NCBI GenBank assembly: GCA_040880145.1
Contig: JBBDIZ010000010.1
Span: forward strand, 1 to 40,914
Reading direction: 5' to 3'
Length of the DNA: 40,914 bases
Source of the DNA: Simkaniaceae bacterium
GTDB lineage: Bacteria > Chlamydiota > Chlamydiia > Chlamydiales > JAJFMI01
This document shows positions 27,340-36,616 of this stretch, piece after piece. The notes below the pieces were generated by a model. It was not told where the DNA came from. It ran no database searches and was given only the letters and a program-made list of their open reading frames with translations. Every line of letters begins with the position of its first letter. The first letter of the stretch is position 1. The position numbers and the translations under genes are program-made.

Positions 27340-30300
27340 ATGATTACCTTCCAAGATCTTATTTTCAAGCTAATCACTTTTTGGGGGAATAAAGGCTGCC
27401 TTTTTCAGCAAGGTTATGATGTCGAGGTGGGCGCCGGAACCTTTAATCCTGCCACCTTTTTACGAAGCCTCGGCCCTGAGCCCTACAACTCGGTGTATAT
27501 AGAGCCCTCTCGCCGACCTCAAGATGGGCGGTATGGCGAAAACCCCAACCGCACTCAACTCTTTCATCAGCTTCAGGTGATCATGAAGCCCTCTCCTAAA
27601 AATATTCAAGAGCTCTACCTCGATTCTCTTAAAGAAATCGGCTTTGACTTAAAAAAGCATGATGTTCGCTTTGTCCACGATGACTGGGAATCACCAACTC
27701 TCGGCGCATGGGGACTTGGCTGGGAGGTTTGGATCGATGGAATGGAGGTAACTCAATTCACCTACTTTCAACAAATGGCAGGCTTCCCTCTGCACCCCAT
27801 TCCAGTCGAGTTAACCTACGGTTTAGAGCGGCTTTGCATGTTCATTCAAAAGGTCGATAATTTTTTCGATATGAAATACAACGAGCAGCTGACCTATGGC
27901 GATCTTTATTATAAAAATGAAGTCGAATGGAGCCAATATAACTTTCAAGCGTCGAACCACGAAATGTGGCTGAGACATTTTAATGATTATGAAAAAGAGA
28001 GCGAGAGTTTAATCGAAAAAAAACTCCCTATTCCAGCTTACGACTTTGTCATGAAGGCTTCTCACGCTTTCAATATGTTAGAAGCCAAAGGATGTATTTC
28101 CGTTACTGAGAGAACCGCTTATATTCATCGCATCCGAAAACTTGCGCATAAAGCGGCAAAAGCCTATCTCGAAGATCGAAAGGATTCGAGATTCCCTCTC
28201 CTTCAACTGAATAAAAAAGAACCGGAAGTTAAATCTCAGCCTTTAGTAAAAAAAGAATTTGATAAAAAGAAAAAAGAAGACTTTCTGTTAGAAATCGGTG
28301 TTGAAGAGCTCCCGGCTGCTTACATTTCAAAAGCGCTCCGCTCATTTGAAACTGAAATGAAATCTCTACTTAATGAACTTTCCTTGCCCTTTGACTCTAT
28401 ACGAACTTTTGGGACTCCCCGCCGCCTTGCCCTCTATGTTTCGGGCCTGGTTGATGGGAAACCTGAAGAGATCCAAGAAAGGCGCGGCCCTCCTCTTTCG
28501 GTCTGCTTTGATGAAAAGGGAGCTCCAACGAAACAGGGAATAGGCTTTTTTCAATCACTCAAACTCGACCCGCTTCACTTAAATGAGCTAAAAAATAATG
28601 GGATAATCTCCATCAAGGATGGTTATCTCTTTGCTCAAACCAAAATAGAAGGCCAATCGACTCAATCGCTTCTCTCCTCTTCACTTGAGCTTCTTTTGAC
28701 TAAAATTTCGTTTCCTAAAAAAATGCGCTGGGGCAGCCTTGAAGCATCTTTTGCACGCCCTATTCACTGGATAGTTGCCCTTTTTGGAAGCGATGTCGTC
28801 CCTTTTGAGTTTGCTCAAGTTCAAAGCGGTTTAACCACTTTTGGCCATCGTCAACTGGGGGAAAAAAAAGTTCAATTGAAAAAGAGCCAAGACTACCTCC
28901 CCCATCTTATGGAAGCGAAGGTTTGTGTCGACATCGAAAGCCGCAAGGAAATGATTTTAGCAGGCTTAAAAAACCTAGAAGAGGCGCATTCATTTAAAGT
29001 ATTAGAAAAAGAGCGCGTTCTAAAGGAGGTTCTCTTTCTAACTGAATGGCCTCAAACTTTTCTCTTTAATTTTGATGCCTCCTTTTTACGCGCTCCAGAC
29101 GAGGTCCTCATCTCTGAAATGATCGAGCATCAACGCTATTTCCCCGTAGCTGATCAACAAGGCGCACTCTTGCCCCATTTTGTAATGACACTCGATAACA
29201 CTCCAAACGAAACCATTGCAAAAAACAATTTAAGCGTCCTCTCAGCTCGTCTTACAGATGGACTTTTCCTATATGAAAATGACTTAAAAACCTCCCTTAA
29301 AGGGTTTAGCGAAAAGCTGAAAACAATCACATTCCAAAAGGAGCTGGGTTCCCTTTATGAAAAGAGCATACGCCTTTCAAAAATAAGTACATCTTTAGCT
29401 GAAGAGCTTTCGATTGGATGCAAAGAGAAGGTTTTAAAAGCGGCTCTTTATTCAAAAGCGGATCTCTCATCTGAGCTTGTCAAAGAGTTCCCGGAACTTC
29501 AAGGCGTTATTGGAAAACATTATGCTCTTTATGAGAAAATGGATGAAGAGGTTGCACTTGCCATAGAAGAGCACTATTTACCAAAATCTGAAAAAGATGC
29601 TTTGCCTAAATCTGAAGTTGGAATGATCGTTAGCTTAAGTGATAAGCTGGATAACTTAGTGGGTTATTTTTCTATAAATCTCAAACCTAAAAGTTCCAGC
29701 GACCCTTATGCCATGCGGCGCCAAAGCATCGCCATCATCAAGATTCTTATCGAAAATAAGCTCCCCTTAGACTTAGGCCGGTTTCTCTTCAAAGTCATGG
29801 AAAACTTCCCTAAACTCAAAGGCCATGTAAAAGCGCAAGAGCTTCTCCAAAAAGAGCTTCTCGATTTTATTACGGCTAGAATGAAGTCAACTTTACTCGA
29901 TTATGGTTTTAAAAATGATGAAATTGAAGCCTCAATTCGAGGAGAATGTACAAACCCCTTTGATCAGTATCTCAAAACAGAAGCATTAAACCGCTTTCGA
30001 TCATCGGATGTCTTCACAAAACTTTTTGAGGTCTATAAACGCGCTCGCGGCCAGCTTGAGAATCAACCCTCTTTTACTTTTGATTCAAAGCTTGCTAAAG
30101 AGCCCCAAGAACTCGAAGTTGTAAAAACTTTAGACGATATAAAAGAAAAGTGGCAAGAGGCGCACGCTTCTCAAAACTACGAAGAAGCCTTTTCACTTCT
30201 CTCTACATTTAAAACCCCTCTTGCAAATTTATTTGATCATGTCAAAATACTCGATAGCGATCAAAAAATTAAAGAGAATCGCCTCGCTCTTCTCCAGAAG

Positions 30301-30354
30301 GTCTTCTCTCACTTCGATGCTCTTTTAGACTTTAGCAAGATTCAAAAATTATAA
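27340..30354 (+). CDS. glyQS: glycine--tRNA ligase, fused alpha/beta
   Basis: Alpha: [36 protein letters not shown]; beta: [31 protein letters not shown]. Confidence 0.97.
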   Translation: MITFQDLIFKLITFWGNKGCLFQQGYDVEVGAGTFNPATFLRSLGPEPYNSVYIEPSRRPQDGRYGENPNRTQLFHQLQVIMKPSPKNIQELYLDSLKEIGFDLKKHDVRFVHDDWESPTLGAWGLGWEVWIDGMEVTQFTYFQQMAGFPLHPIPVELTYGLERLCMFIQKVDNFFDMKYNEQLTYGDLYYKNEVEWSQYNFQASNHEMWLRHFNDYEKESESLIEKKLPIPAYDFVMKASHAFNMLEAKGCISVTERTAYIHRIRKLAHKAAKAYLEDRKDSRFPLLQLNKKEPEVKSQPLVKKEFDKKKKEDFLLEIGVEELPAAYISKALRSFETEMKSLLNELSLPFDSIRTFGTPRRLALYVSGLVDGKPEEIQERRGPPLSVCFDEKGAPTKQGIGFFQSLKLDPLHLNELKNNGIISIKDGYLFAQTKIEGQSTQSLLSSSLELLLTKISFPKKMRWGSLEASFARPIHWIVALFGSDVVPFEFAQVQSGLTTFGHRQLGEKKVQLKKSQDYLPHLMEAKVCVDIESRKEMILAGLKNLEEAHSFKVLEKERVLKEVLFLTEWPQTFLFNFDASFLRAPDEVLISEMIEHQRYFPVADQQGALLPHFVMTLDNTPNETIAKNNLSVLSARLTDGLFLYENDLKTSLKGFSEKLKTITFQKELGSLYEKSIRLSKISTSLAEELSIGCKEKVLKAALYSKADLSSELVKEFPELQGVIGKHYALYEKMDEEVALAIEEHYLPKSEKDALPKSEVGMIVSLSDKLDNLVGYFSINLKPKSSSDPYAMRRQSIAIIKILIENKLPLDLGRFLFKVMENFPKLKGHVKAQELLQKELLDFITARMKSTLLDYGFKNDEIEASIRGECTNPFDQYLKTEALNRFRSSDVFTKLFEVYKRARGQLENQPSFTFDSKLAKEPQELEVVKTLDDIKEKWQEAHASQNYEEAFSLLSTFKTPLANLFDHVKILDSDQKIKENRLALLQKVFSHFDALLDFSKIQKL

Positions 30355-30875
30355 AGGTAGATCTCACTTGAAATGAGCCCTCGAAGTCTTATCGCTTTTT
30401 TTTCTATTTGTTCAGGAATGGAAAATGTATTCGAAATCACCATTTTATCTCCCTTAAGCTCGGCTAAAAACTTCTTTTTAAGCCTTAGCATTGCTCCACG
30501 ATAAAGATAGCAAAGTATGAGATCAAAATCACTTAAATCCACATCGAAAAAATCCTTGTAGAGAAGCGTGATATTCTTCCGTTTTTGAAAAAGAAGACGT
30601 AATTTTGAAAAAAGAAAAGGAATTAAAGAGTGTTCAATACCCACTACCCTTGCTTTAGGATAACGCTTTGAAACCTCAAAAATAAGAGAGCCAAAGCCGG
30701 AGCCGAGGTCAACGACCTTCCCCTGAAAATCAACAGGCATCAGTGTTATCATTGCAAGAATTGCTTTTTTTGAAGAAGGCATAGGCGATATCCCAACTTT
30801 TAAGGTGGTAACAAGAAGAGAAAAACTTGTAATCAGACCAATTATAATAATAAGAGCATAAAGAATCATAATCAT
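30342..30875 (-). CDS. class I SAM-dependent methyltransferase with N-terminal TM
   Basis: [27 protein letters not shown]. Confidence 0.85.
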   Translation of the reverse strand: MIMILYALIIIIGLITSFSLLVTTLKVGISPMPSSKKAILAMITLMPVDFQGKVVDLGSGFGSLIFEVSKRYPKARVVGIEHSLIPFLFSKLRLLFQKRKNITLLYKDFFDVDLSDFDLILCYLYRGAMLRLKKKFLAELKGDKMVISNTFSIPEQIEKKAIRLRGLISSEIYLYNF

Positions 30876-31246
30876 GGTAAAAAACGCTTATCTTTAGGGA
30901 GTTTACAGCTTAATTTTTTGTGTAAAGAGCTTCGGTTTCTTGCTACAAAACGATAAAGGGGATCGATGAGACCCTTCGGTAAAAAATGGAAAAGTCCAAG
31001 AAGGGCATATCCCTTTCCGAGCAGCCAAAAAATGCGAAAAAAAGCCTTGCCATAGATCCAATAGCGCTTTTGACCTTTATAATCTTCTACTAAAACAAGC
31101 GAATTGGCATCAAGCATCTCCTTAGGAACTTCGCGAAACGAGGTTTTGCTCGAAAGGGGTGAAAAGAAAAAGCAAGGTGAATCAATTTTTAGAAGAAAAC
31201 AAACACTTCTCTGACAAAGCCCACAAGCATCATCGAATAAGATCAA
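30872..31246 (-). CDS. DCC1-like thiol-disulfide oxidoreductase (DUF393)
   Basis: ILFDDACGLC (DxxCxxC), D.LYRFVARNR, RFL. Confidence 0.88.
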   Translation of the reverse strand: MILFDDACGLCQRSVCFLLKIDSPCFFFSPLSSKTSFREVPKEMLDANSLVLVEDYKGQKRYWIYGKAFFRIFWLLGKGYALLGLFHFLPKGLIDPLYRFVARNRSSLHKKLSCKLPKDKRFLP

Positions 31247-31253
31247 ATGCTTT

Positions 31254-33020
31254 TTATCCAGGGGTAGGAATCACCACTTGGGGCGCCTCATGCTTGAGTT
31301 GATCAAATTTTTTTGCAAGTTCCATCAACTCATCATCTCCTAATCGCTCCATTTGAATCCGCATGCGAATCGACTCCCTCTCATCCATCCAATGACGAAC
31401 TAAAATTTTTTTTATAGATTCTACAAGAAGTTCTCGAGCTCGACCTTTATTAATTCTTTTTTGAATTAGCTCAGAGAGAAAAAGTTGATCTTCCGCACTA
31501 TCGATATTAGACAATAAAGTCATGATATCCGGGGTTTCATCTCTTTCACTCGCCTCGACAATCCGTTTAAAAAGCCGTCGGCAAACAGAATTACGAAAAT
31601 GAACCTCTCTTAAGTTTGCTTTAACAATTTCAATAAGATCTCCTCCGACAAGCAAAAGCCAGCGCAATAAATCCGCCTCTAAAATACGATCGGGGTCGAT
31701 ATCCTCTTGAGTGATACTCCCGCTTTTTTTAATGAAAAGAGGTTTCTCCTCCGTCTTCTGAATCTTGAGGGCACTCTCCGGAACCTTCATAAGCTCAGAT
31801 AAACGACGCAAGCTTTCATGAACCATTAAAGGGTGGTCCCAAGAGCGAATCCGCTCTGAAATTTGCAGGACGACCTGATTGGTTTGAGCCGGCGATAGAT
31901 GCGCTCTTGCTGCCCGATAAAATGTGACTAGAAAACTTAAATAATCAGGCGCCTGATCGAGTAATTTTTGAAAGCTTTCAGGCCCCTCTTCCATTAAGTA
32001 GGAATCGGGATCAGATCCCTTCGGAATGGACAGAACAAAAACCTCAACCCCCTCTCTCTGAAAGAGATCGCCAATTTTTATAGCCGCCTGAATTCCAGCT
32101 TGATCGCCATCAAGACCAAGAAAAACGGTTTGAACACCAAGAGCAATCAACTCATGAGCATGATCTCGACCAAATGCCGTCCCTTGACCGGCTAATGTTA
32201 AGTCAAACCCCTCAGCAATTAAACGAAGAGCATCGATCTGCCCCTCAACAATGATCGCTCTTTTTTCTTTGATAATCCGTCGTTTTGAGTGGGAAAGGCC
32301 AAAAAGAACCTTTGATTTTTTAAAAAGCGGCGTTTCAGGGGTATTCACATATTTTGGGCCTGAAGCACTCTCGCTCATTTTTCTTCCTGAAAATCCGATC
32401 ACATGACCGACCCCATCACAAATGGGAAACATTAAGCGATGGATAAAAAAATCCCGCCCTCCCTTCACAAGTCCGGCGATTTCTAGATTCTCTTTCTTAT
32501 GACCTCTTTTAAAGAGTGCTTTTTGAAAAATCTCCGGCAACTTCGGTGAAAGGCCAATCTTGAACATTCTGATAAAGTTTAAATCGATGCCCCGTCGATA
32601 CAAGTAATTGAGTGCATCTTGACCCTCTTCAGAGTGGAGTAGAAAAAAATGAAAAAAATCTGCCGCATCTAAAAGCGCCTCTCTCAAAACCTTTTTACTC
32701 GGGCCAACCTCTTCCCTCTCCTCACTCTTTTCTAGTATCACACCAAATCGATCCGCCAACATTTCAACCGCCTCAGCAAAACTCAGCTTCAGATGGCTCA
32801 TTAAAAAAGCAATCGAATCCCCATGGGCACCACAACCAAAACAGTGATAGTGGGTATCTCCAATCCTAACTAAAAACGAAGGCGTTTTTTCCTCATGAAA
32901 AGGACAGAGTCCTTTGTAAGTTGATCCGTTTTTTTTGAGAGGAACATAAGTAGAGATCAGTTCGATCAGATCGACTTTATCGCGTAAAAGCTCGAGGCTT
33001 GATTTAGAAAACATCACCAT
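31254..33020 (-). CDS. dnaG: DNA primase
   Basis: CPFHEEKTPSF...HCFGC zinc finger, KYVNTPET, VEGQID, LDGDQAG, DPD. Confidence 0.97.
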   Translation of the reverse strand: MVMFSKSSLELLRDKVDLIELISTYVPLKKNGSTYKGLCPFHEEKTPSFLVRIGDTHYHCFGCGAHGDSIAFLMSHLKLSFAEAVEMLADRFGVILEKSEEREEVGPSKKVLREALLDAADFFHFFLLHSEEGQDALNYLYRRGIDLNFIRMFKIGLSPKLPEIFQKALFKRGHKKENLEIAGLVKGGRDFFIHRLMFPICDGVGHVIGFSGRKMSESASGPKYVNTPETPLFKKSKVLFGLSHSKRRIIKEKRAIIVEGQIDALRLIAEGFDLTLAGQGTAFGRDHAHELIALGVQTVFLGLDGDQAGIQAAIKIGDLFQREGVEVFVLSIPKGSDPDSYLMEEGPESFQKLLDQAPDYLSFLVTFYRAARAHLSPAQTNQVVLQISERIRSWDHPLMVHESLRRLSELMKVPESALKIQKTEEKPLFIKKSGSITQEDIDPDRILEADLLRWLLLVGGDLIEIVKANLREVHFRNSVCRRLFKRIVEASERDETPDIMTLLSNIDSAEDQLFLSELIQKRINKGRARELLVESIKKILVRHWMDERESIRMRIQMERLGDDELMELAKKFDQLKHEAPQVVIPTPG

Positions 33021-33028
33021 AATTCATC

Positions 33029-33058
33029 ATTTTACCCGAATAGGGATAGATGATGCAA
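33029..33058 (-). promoter_or_regulatory. dnaG promoter (leaderless geometry)
   Basis: TTGCAT-18 nt-TAAAAT, 8 nt before ATG. Confidence 0.55.
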
Positions 33059-33089
33059 GAGATACCCCTGCTGCACCTTCAATTGTGGC

Positions 33090-33473
33090 TCACAAGTCAT
33101 TCATTTCAGATATAATTTTACCGACACCAGATTTAATTTCAACAACACTCTTAACAAGACAATATACAATACAATATACAAGACCTCGGCAAAATCCGAT
33201 AAAATTTCCAAAAATTAAGTCAAAACAAGCGACTAAAATAATTAATAAAAGAAAAAGCGCTACAAAAACTGAAAGAGGAGTAATAAACAAAGCAATAGGA
33301 ATTGCTACTACGATTACAATATCAACAAGAACCATCAACCAATATAAACAACAAGAGGGGCCCCTGATACCTTGAAGCAATTCAGAAAATGATTCTTTAC
33401 AGAAGATATCCTCTAGCGATTCTTCAGAAATTAGCTGGGGAAGAATTTTACAAGAATGATACGTTACAAGCAT
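33090..33473 (-). CDS. Inc-like hydrophobic, Cys-rich small protein
   Basis: 127 aa with about 65-residue hydrophobic core; AGGA SD; AT-rich. Confidence 0.65.
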   Translation of the reverse strand: MLVTYHSCKILPQLISEESLEDIFCKESFSELLQGIRGPSCCLYWLMVLVDIVIVVAIPIALFITPLSVFVALFLLLIILVACFDLIFGNFIGFCRGLVYCIVYCLVKSVVEIKSGVGKIISEMNDL

Positions 33474-33647
33474 AATAGTCCTAAACTATTTTCTAATAAT
33501 TTTATTGTACCACAATCTTTACTTTATGTAAAAAAAAATTATTCAAATATTTAATAATTCTATTTTTCAAAAAAAATATTTTCAAGTATAAAAATAAGAG
33601 ATTTCCTTTAAAAAAATGCAAGCATCGAGTAAATTTCAGATGACCCT

Positions 33648-34148
33648 ATGACTAAAAAAGAAAACACTTCCTACTTCCACAAAAAAGTCTATAAACTTGA
33701 CCATTCCCCTATCGGAGACCATATTGGATCTGAGACTCTTAAAAAAAATGCGGATTCTTCAAAAAGTGATAAAAAAATCATCCCCTCGCTTAGGCTTTCA
33801 GGATTAAGAGAAGAGTACAAAAAAACCTTTCTACCTCTTCTAATCGAGACCTTTGAATTGAGGCAAATGTTAGAAAATTATCAAGCAAAGCAAGACCCTC
33901 TACTCCCTGACTTTTTGTTTCAAAAAGGTGAGAAGTCTCCTCAAGAAATTTTGAACAAACTTGAGCAGCTCCAAAAGGGCGTTGAAGAATCTCAAAGATG
34001 GTGCAATGGCTTGGTTCTGCAAATTGCAAAAGGAATTGAGGAGGCGAAAGATATTCTTGAGTTGATTGAAACCCCTTCTCAAAAACCTCAAGAAAAGCCC
34101 TCTCTTTTAAAAAAACTTCTTTTTTGGAAAAAGGAGAAAAGTCTATGA
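33648..34148 (+). CDS. hypothetical coiled-coil protein coupled to mutS
   Basis: 166 aa; ATGA overlap with mutS; amphipathic C-terminus SLLKKLLFWKK. Confidence 0.7.
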   Translation: MTKKENTSYFHKKVYKLDHSPIGDHIGSETLKKNADSSKSDKKIIPSLRLSGLREEYKKTFLPLLIETFELRQMLENYQAKQDPLLPDFLFQKGEKSPQEILNKLEQLQKGVEESQRWCNGLVLQIAKGIEEAKDILELIETPSQKPQEKPSLLKKLLFWKKEKSL

Positions 34149-36616
34149 CAACCCCGATGATGCAACAGTGGCATGAGTGCAAAAAAAAATCATCCGGTGT
34201 CTTACTCTTTCGCCTGGGCGATTTTTATGAAGCTTTCTATGAAGATGCCAAAATCTTAGCCGATGCACTAGGGCTGACCTTAACAAAAAGACAAGAAATT
34301 CCAATGGCAGGAATCCCTGCTATCTCTTTAGATGGCTATCTAGATAAACTCATCGCTCAGAATTTTGTTGTCGCCATTGCGGAACAAGTGGAAGATCCTA
34401 AAACGACAAAGGGAATTGTAAAGCGCGACGTGACACGTGTTTTATCACCTGCTACCTATACCGGTCTTCTCGATGAGAGCTCAAACAATTATTTTGCATC
34501 TCTTGTGGTGGATAAAGACTTATTCGGTCTTGCTCTTTTAGATCTTTCAACAGGTGAATTTTCTGCTTTCGATATCCCTGATGAGAAGGCTCTATTTGAC
34601 GAATTGATTAAGCGAAGGCCTAAGGAGCTTTTGATCTCCAAAAAAAGTCTTCTTAAGTTCAAAAACCGGTTTGACCTTCAAAAGATCCGCGTAGAAGAGA
34701 AGGATGAGTGGCATTTTGATTATGATGGGGCCTTCCGCTTTCTAACTCATCACTTCAAAGTCCTCTCTCTCGATGGATTTGGTCTAAAAGGGAAGACCGC
34801 TTGCATTCAAGCCCTGGGAGCCCTCCTCATGCATGTGAATGAAACCCTCTCTTTAGATATAGATCATGTCAAAACCATCCGAATAATCGATCTTGCCCAG
34901 TTTATGGCTATCGATGCTGCTACATTTGAACATCTAGAGCTCAATTCACTTGCAAAAATGTTGAACCGCACCGCAACGCCAATGGGGAAACGACTCCTTC
35001 ATAAATGGATTTTACACCCTCTTCTCAATATTCCCTGCATTCAAAAGCGTCAGTTGGGAGTGAGTGAGCTTCAAAGGGCATCCTTCACTGATGAGCTCAA
35101 ACAAATTAGAGACTTAGAAAGGCTCATCATTCGCATTTGCCGAGGAACTTGCAGCCCAAAAGATGTGGCAGCGTTAAAAAACTCGCTTTTGGCCATAGAG
35201 CCATTGAAAAAAAAGATGATTCCCCTCACTTCACCTCTTCTTCAAAAAATAAAAAATGATCTTGTCGATGTGCAATGCCTAATTGATTTGATCGGTAAAA
35301 CGCTTCACCCTTCCCCTCCTTTTAAGGTTTCTGATGGACAAGTCATCTTGTCTAAGGTTTCAAAAGAACTTGATGAATATCGAAAGCTGAAACGAGACAG
35401 CCATACGTTCCTGTCAAACTATCAAATCCGTCTAAGAGAAGAGACGAAAATTAAAACTTTAAAGGTGGGCTACACTCGAGCATTTGGCTACTATATCGAT
35501 GTAAGCCGGCTTCAATCTTCAAATGTCCCTGAAAAATTTGAGCGTCGGCAAACACTAACCAACAGTGAACGCTATATCACAAAAGAGCTCAAAGAGTATG
35601 AGTTGAAAATTTTAAATGCTGAAGAGAAAATCATTGCCTTAGAGGGAGAGCTCTTTCAAAAACTTATTGACGAAGTGGCTCTTAATCAAACTGAGATCAA
35701 ACGTATTGCAAAAGCAATAGCCACACTCGATGCACTCTACTCTTTAGCGATCGTCGCTCTAGAAAATGGCTATTTACCGCCGACTATCAATGATTCCAAG
35801 CTGCTCGAGATAAAAGGGGGCCGTCATCCTTTAGTAGAAATTCTTTTAAAAGAAGGAACCTTTGTCCCAAATGATACGCTATTAAATGATACCGACAACC
35901 AATTGATTCTCATTACGGGACCAAACATGGCGGGTAAATCCACTTATATCCGCCAAGTTGCTCTTCTAACTTTAATGGCCCAAGTCGGCTCTTTTATCCC
36001 GGCTGAATCAGCAACAATAGGGATCGTGGACAAGCTTTTTACTCGTATTGGAGCAAGCGATAACTTAAGTAAAGGCGAGTCGACCTTTATGGTTGAAATG
36101 ACCGAAACCGCCAATATTCTCAATAATGCTACAGATCGCTCGCTCGTCATACTCGATGAAATCGGCCGCGGTACAAGCACCTACGATGGCATATCAATCG
36201 CCTCTGCCGTTGCCGAATATCTTCTCGAGATTAAACACCCTAAAACGCTTTTTGCTACCCACTATTTTGAACTGACCGAATTAGAAAACAAAAGCCATGG
36301 CGTGCAAAACTATCGAGTAGCTGTCGATGAAGGTCCGGATGGAATCGTTTTTTTAAGAAAAATCATTAAAGGAAATGCCGATAAAAGTTATGGTATTCAT
36401 GTCGCTAAACTAGCCGGCCTCCCCCCCTCTGTCATTGAGCGCGCCAACTTCCACCTTCGCTCTCTTGAAAATGTCGAACGTAAAATTCCCAATCCACCCC
36501 CTTTAGAGCTTAAAGAGCCCTCTTTGATCGAGAAGGAATTCTCTAAACTCGATCCAAATCACCTCACCCCTTTGCAAGCATTAGAAATTCTTGTAAAGTG
36601 GAAGAGCTATGTTTGA
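34145..36616 (+). CDS. mutS: DNA mismatch repair protein MutS
   Basis: TPMMQQ, FRLGDFYE, GPNMAGKST, STFMVEM, DEIGRGT, FATHY; ATG 34145 with AAGGAG SD. Confidence 0.97.
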   Translation: MTTPMMQQWHECKKKSSGVLLFRLGDFYEAFYEDAKILADALGLTLTKRQEIPMAGIPAISLDGYLDKLIAQNFVVAIAEQVEDPKTTKGIVKRDVTRVLSPATYTGLLDESSNNYFASLVVDKDLFGLALLDLSTGEFSAFDIPDEKALFDELIKRRPKELLISKKSLLKFKNRFDLQKIRVEEKDEWHFDYDGAFRFLTHHFKVLSLDGFGLKGKTACIQALGALLMHVNETLSLDIDHVKTIRIIDLAQFMAIDAATFEHLELNSLAKMLNRTATPMGKRLLHKWILHPLLNIPCIQKRQLGVSELQRASFTDELKQIRDLERLIIRICRGTCSPKDVAALKNSLLAIEPLKKKMIPLTSPLLQKIKNDLVDVQCLIDLIGKTLHPSPPFKVSDGQVILSKVSKELDEYRKLKRDSHTFLSNYQIRLREETKIKTLKVGYTRAFGYYIDVSRLQSSNVPEKFERRQTLTNSERYITKELKEYELKILNAEEKIIALEGELFQKLIDEVALNQTEIKRIAKAIATLDALYSLAIVALENGYLPPTINDSKLLEIKGGRHPLVEILLKEGTFVPNDTLLNDTDNQLILITGPNMAGKSTYIRQVALLTLMAQVGSFIPAESATIGIVDKLFTRIGASDNLSKGESTFMVEMTETANILNNATDRSLVILDEIGRGTSTYDGISIASAVAEYLLEIKHPKTLFATHYFELTELENKSHGVQNYRVAVDEGPDGIVFLRKIIKGNADKSYGIHVAKLAGLPPSVIERANFHLRSLENVERKIPNPPPLELKEPSLIEKEFSKLDPNHLTPLQALEILVKWKSYV

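Noticed and set aside
27340..30354. GlyQ-GlyS fusion as a novelty
   Set aside because: Established feature of Chlamydiae; used only as a taxonomic marker
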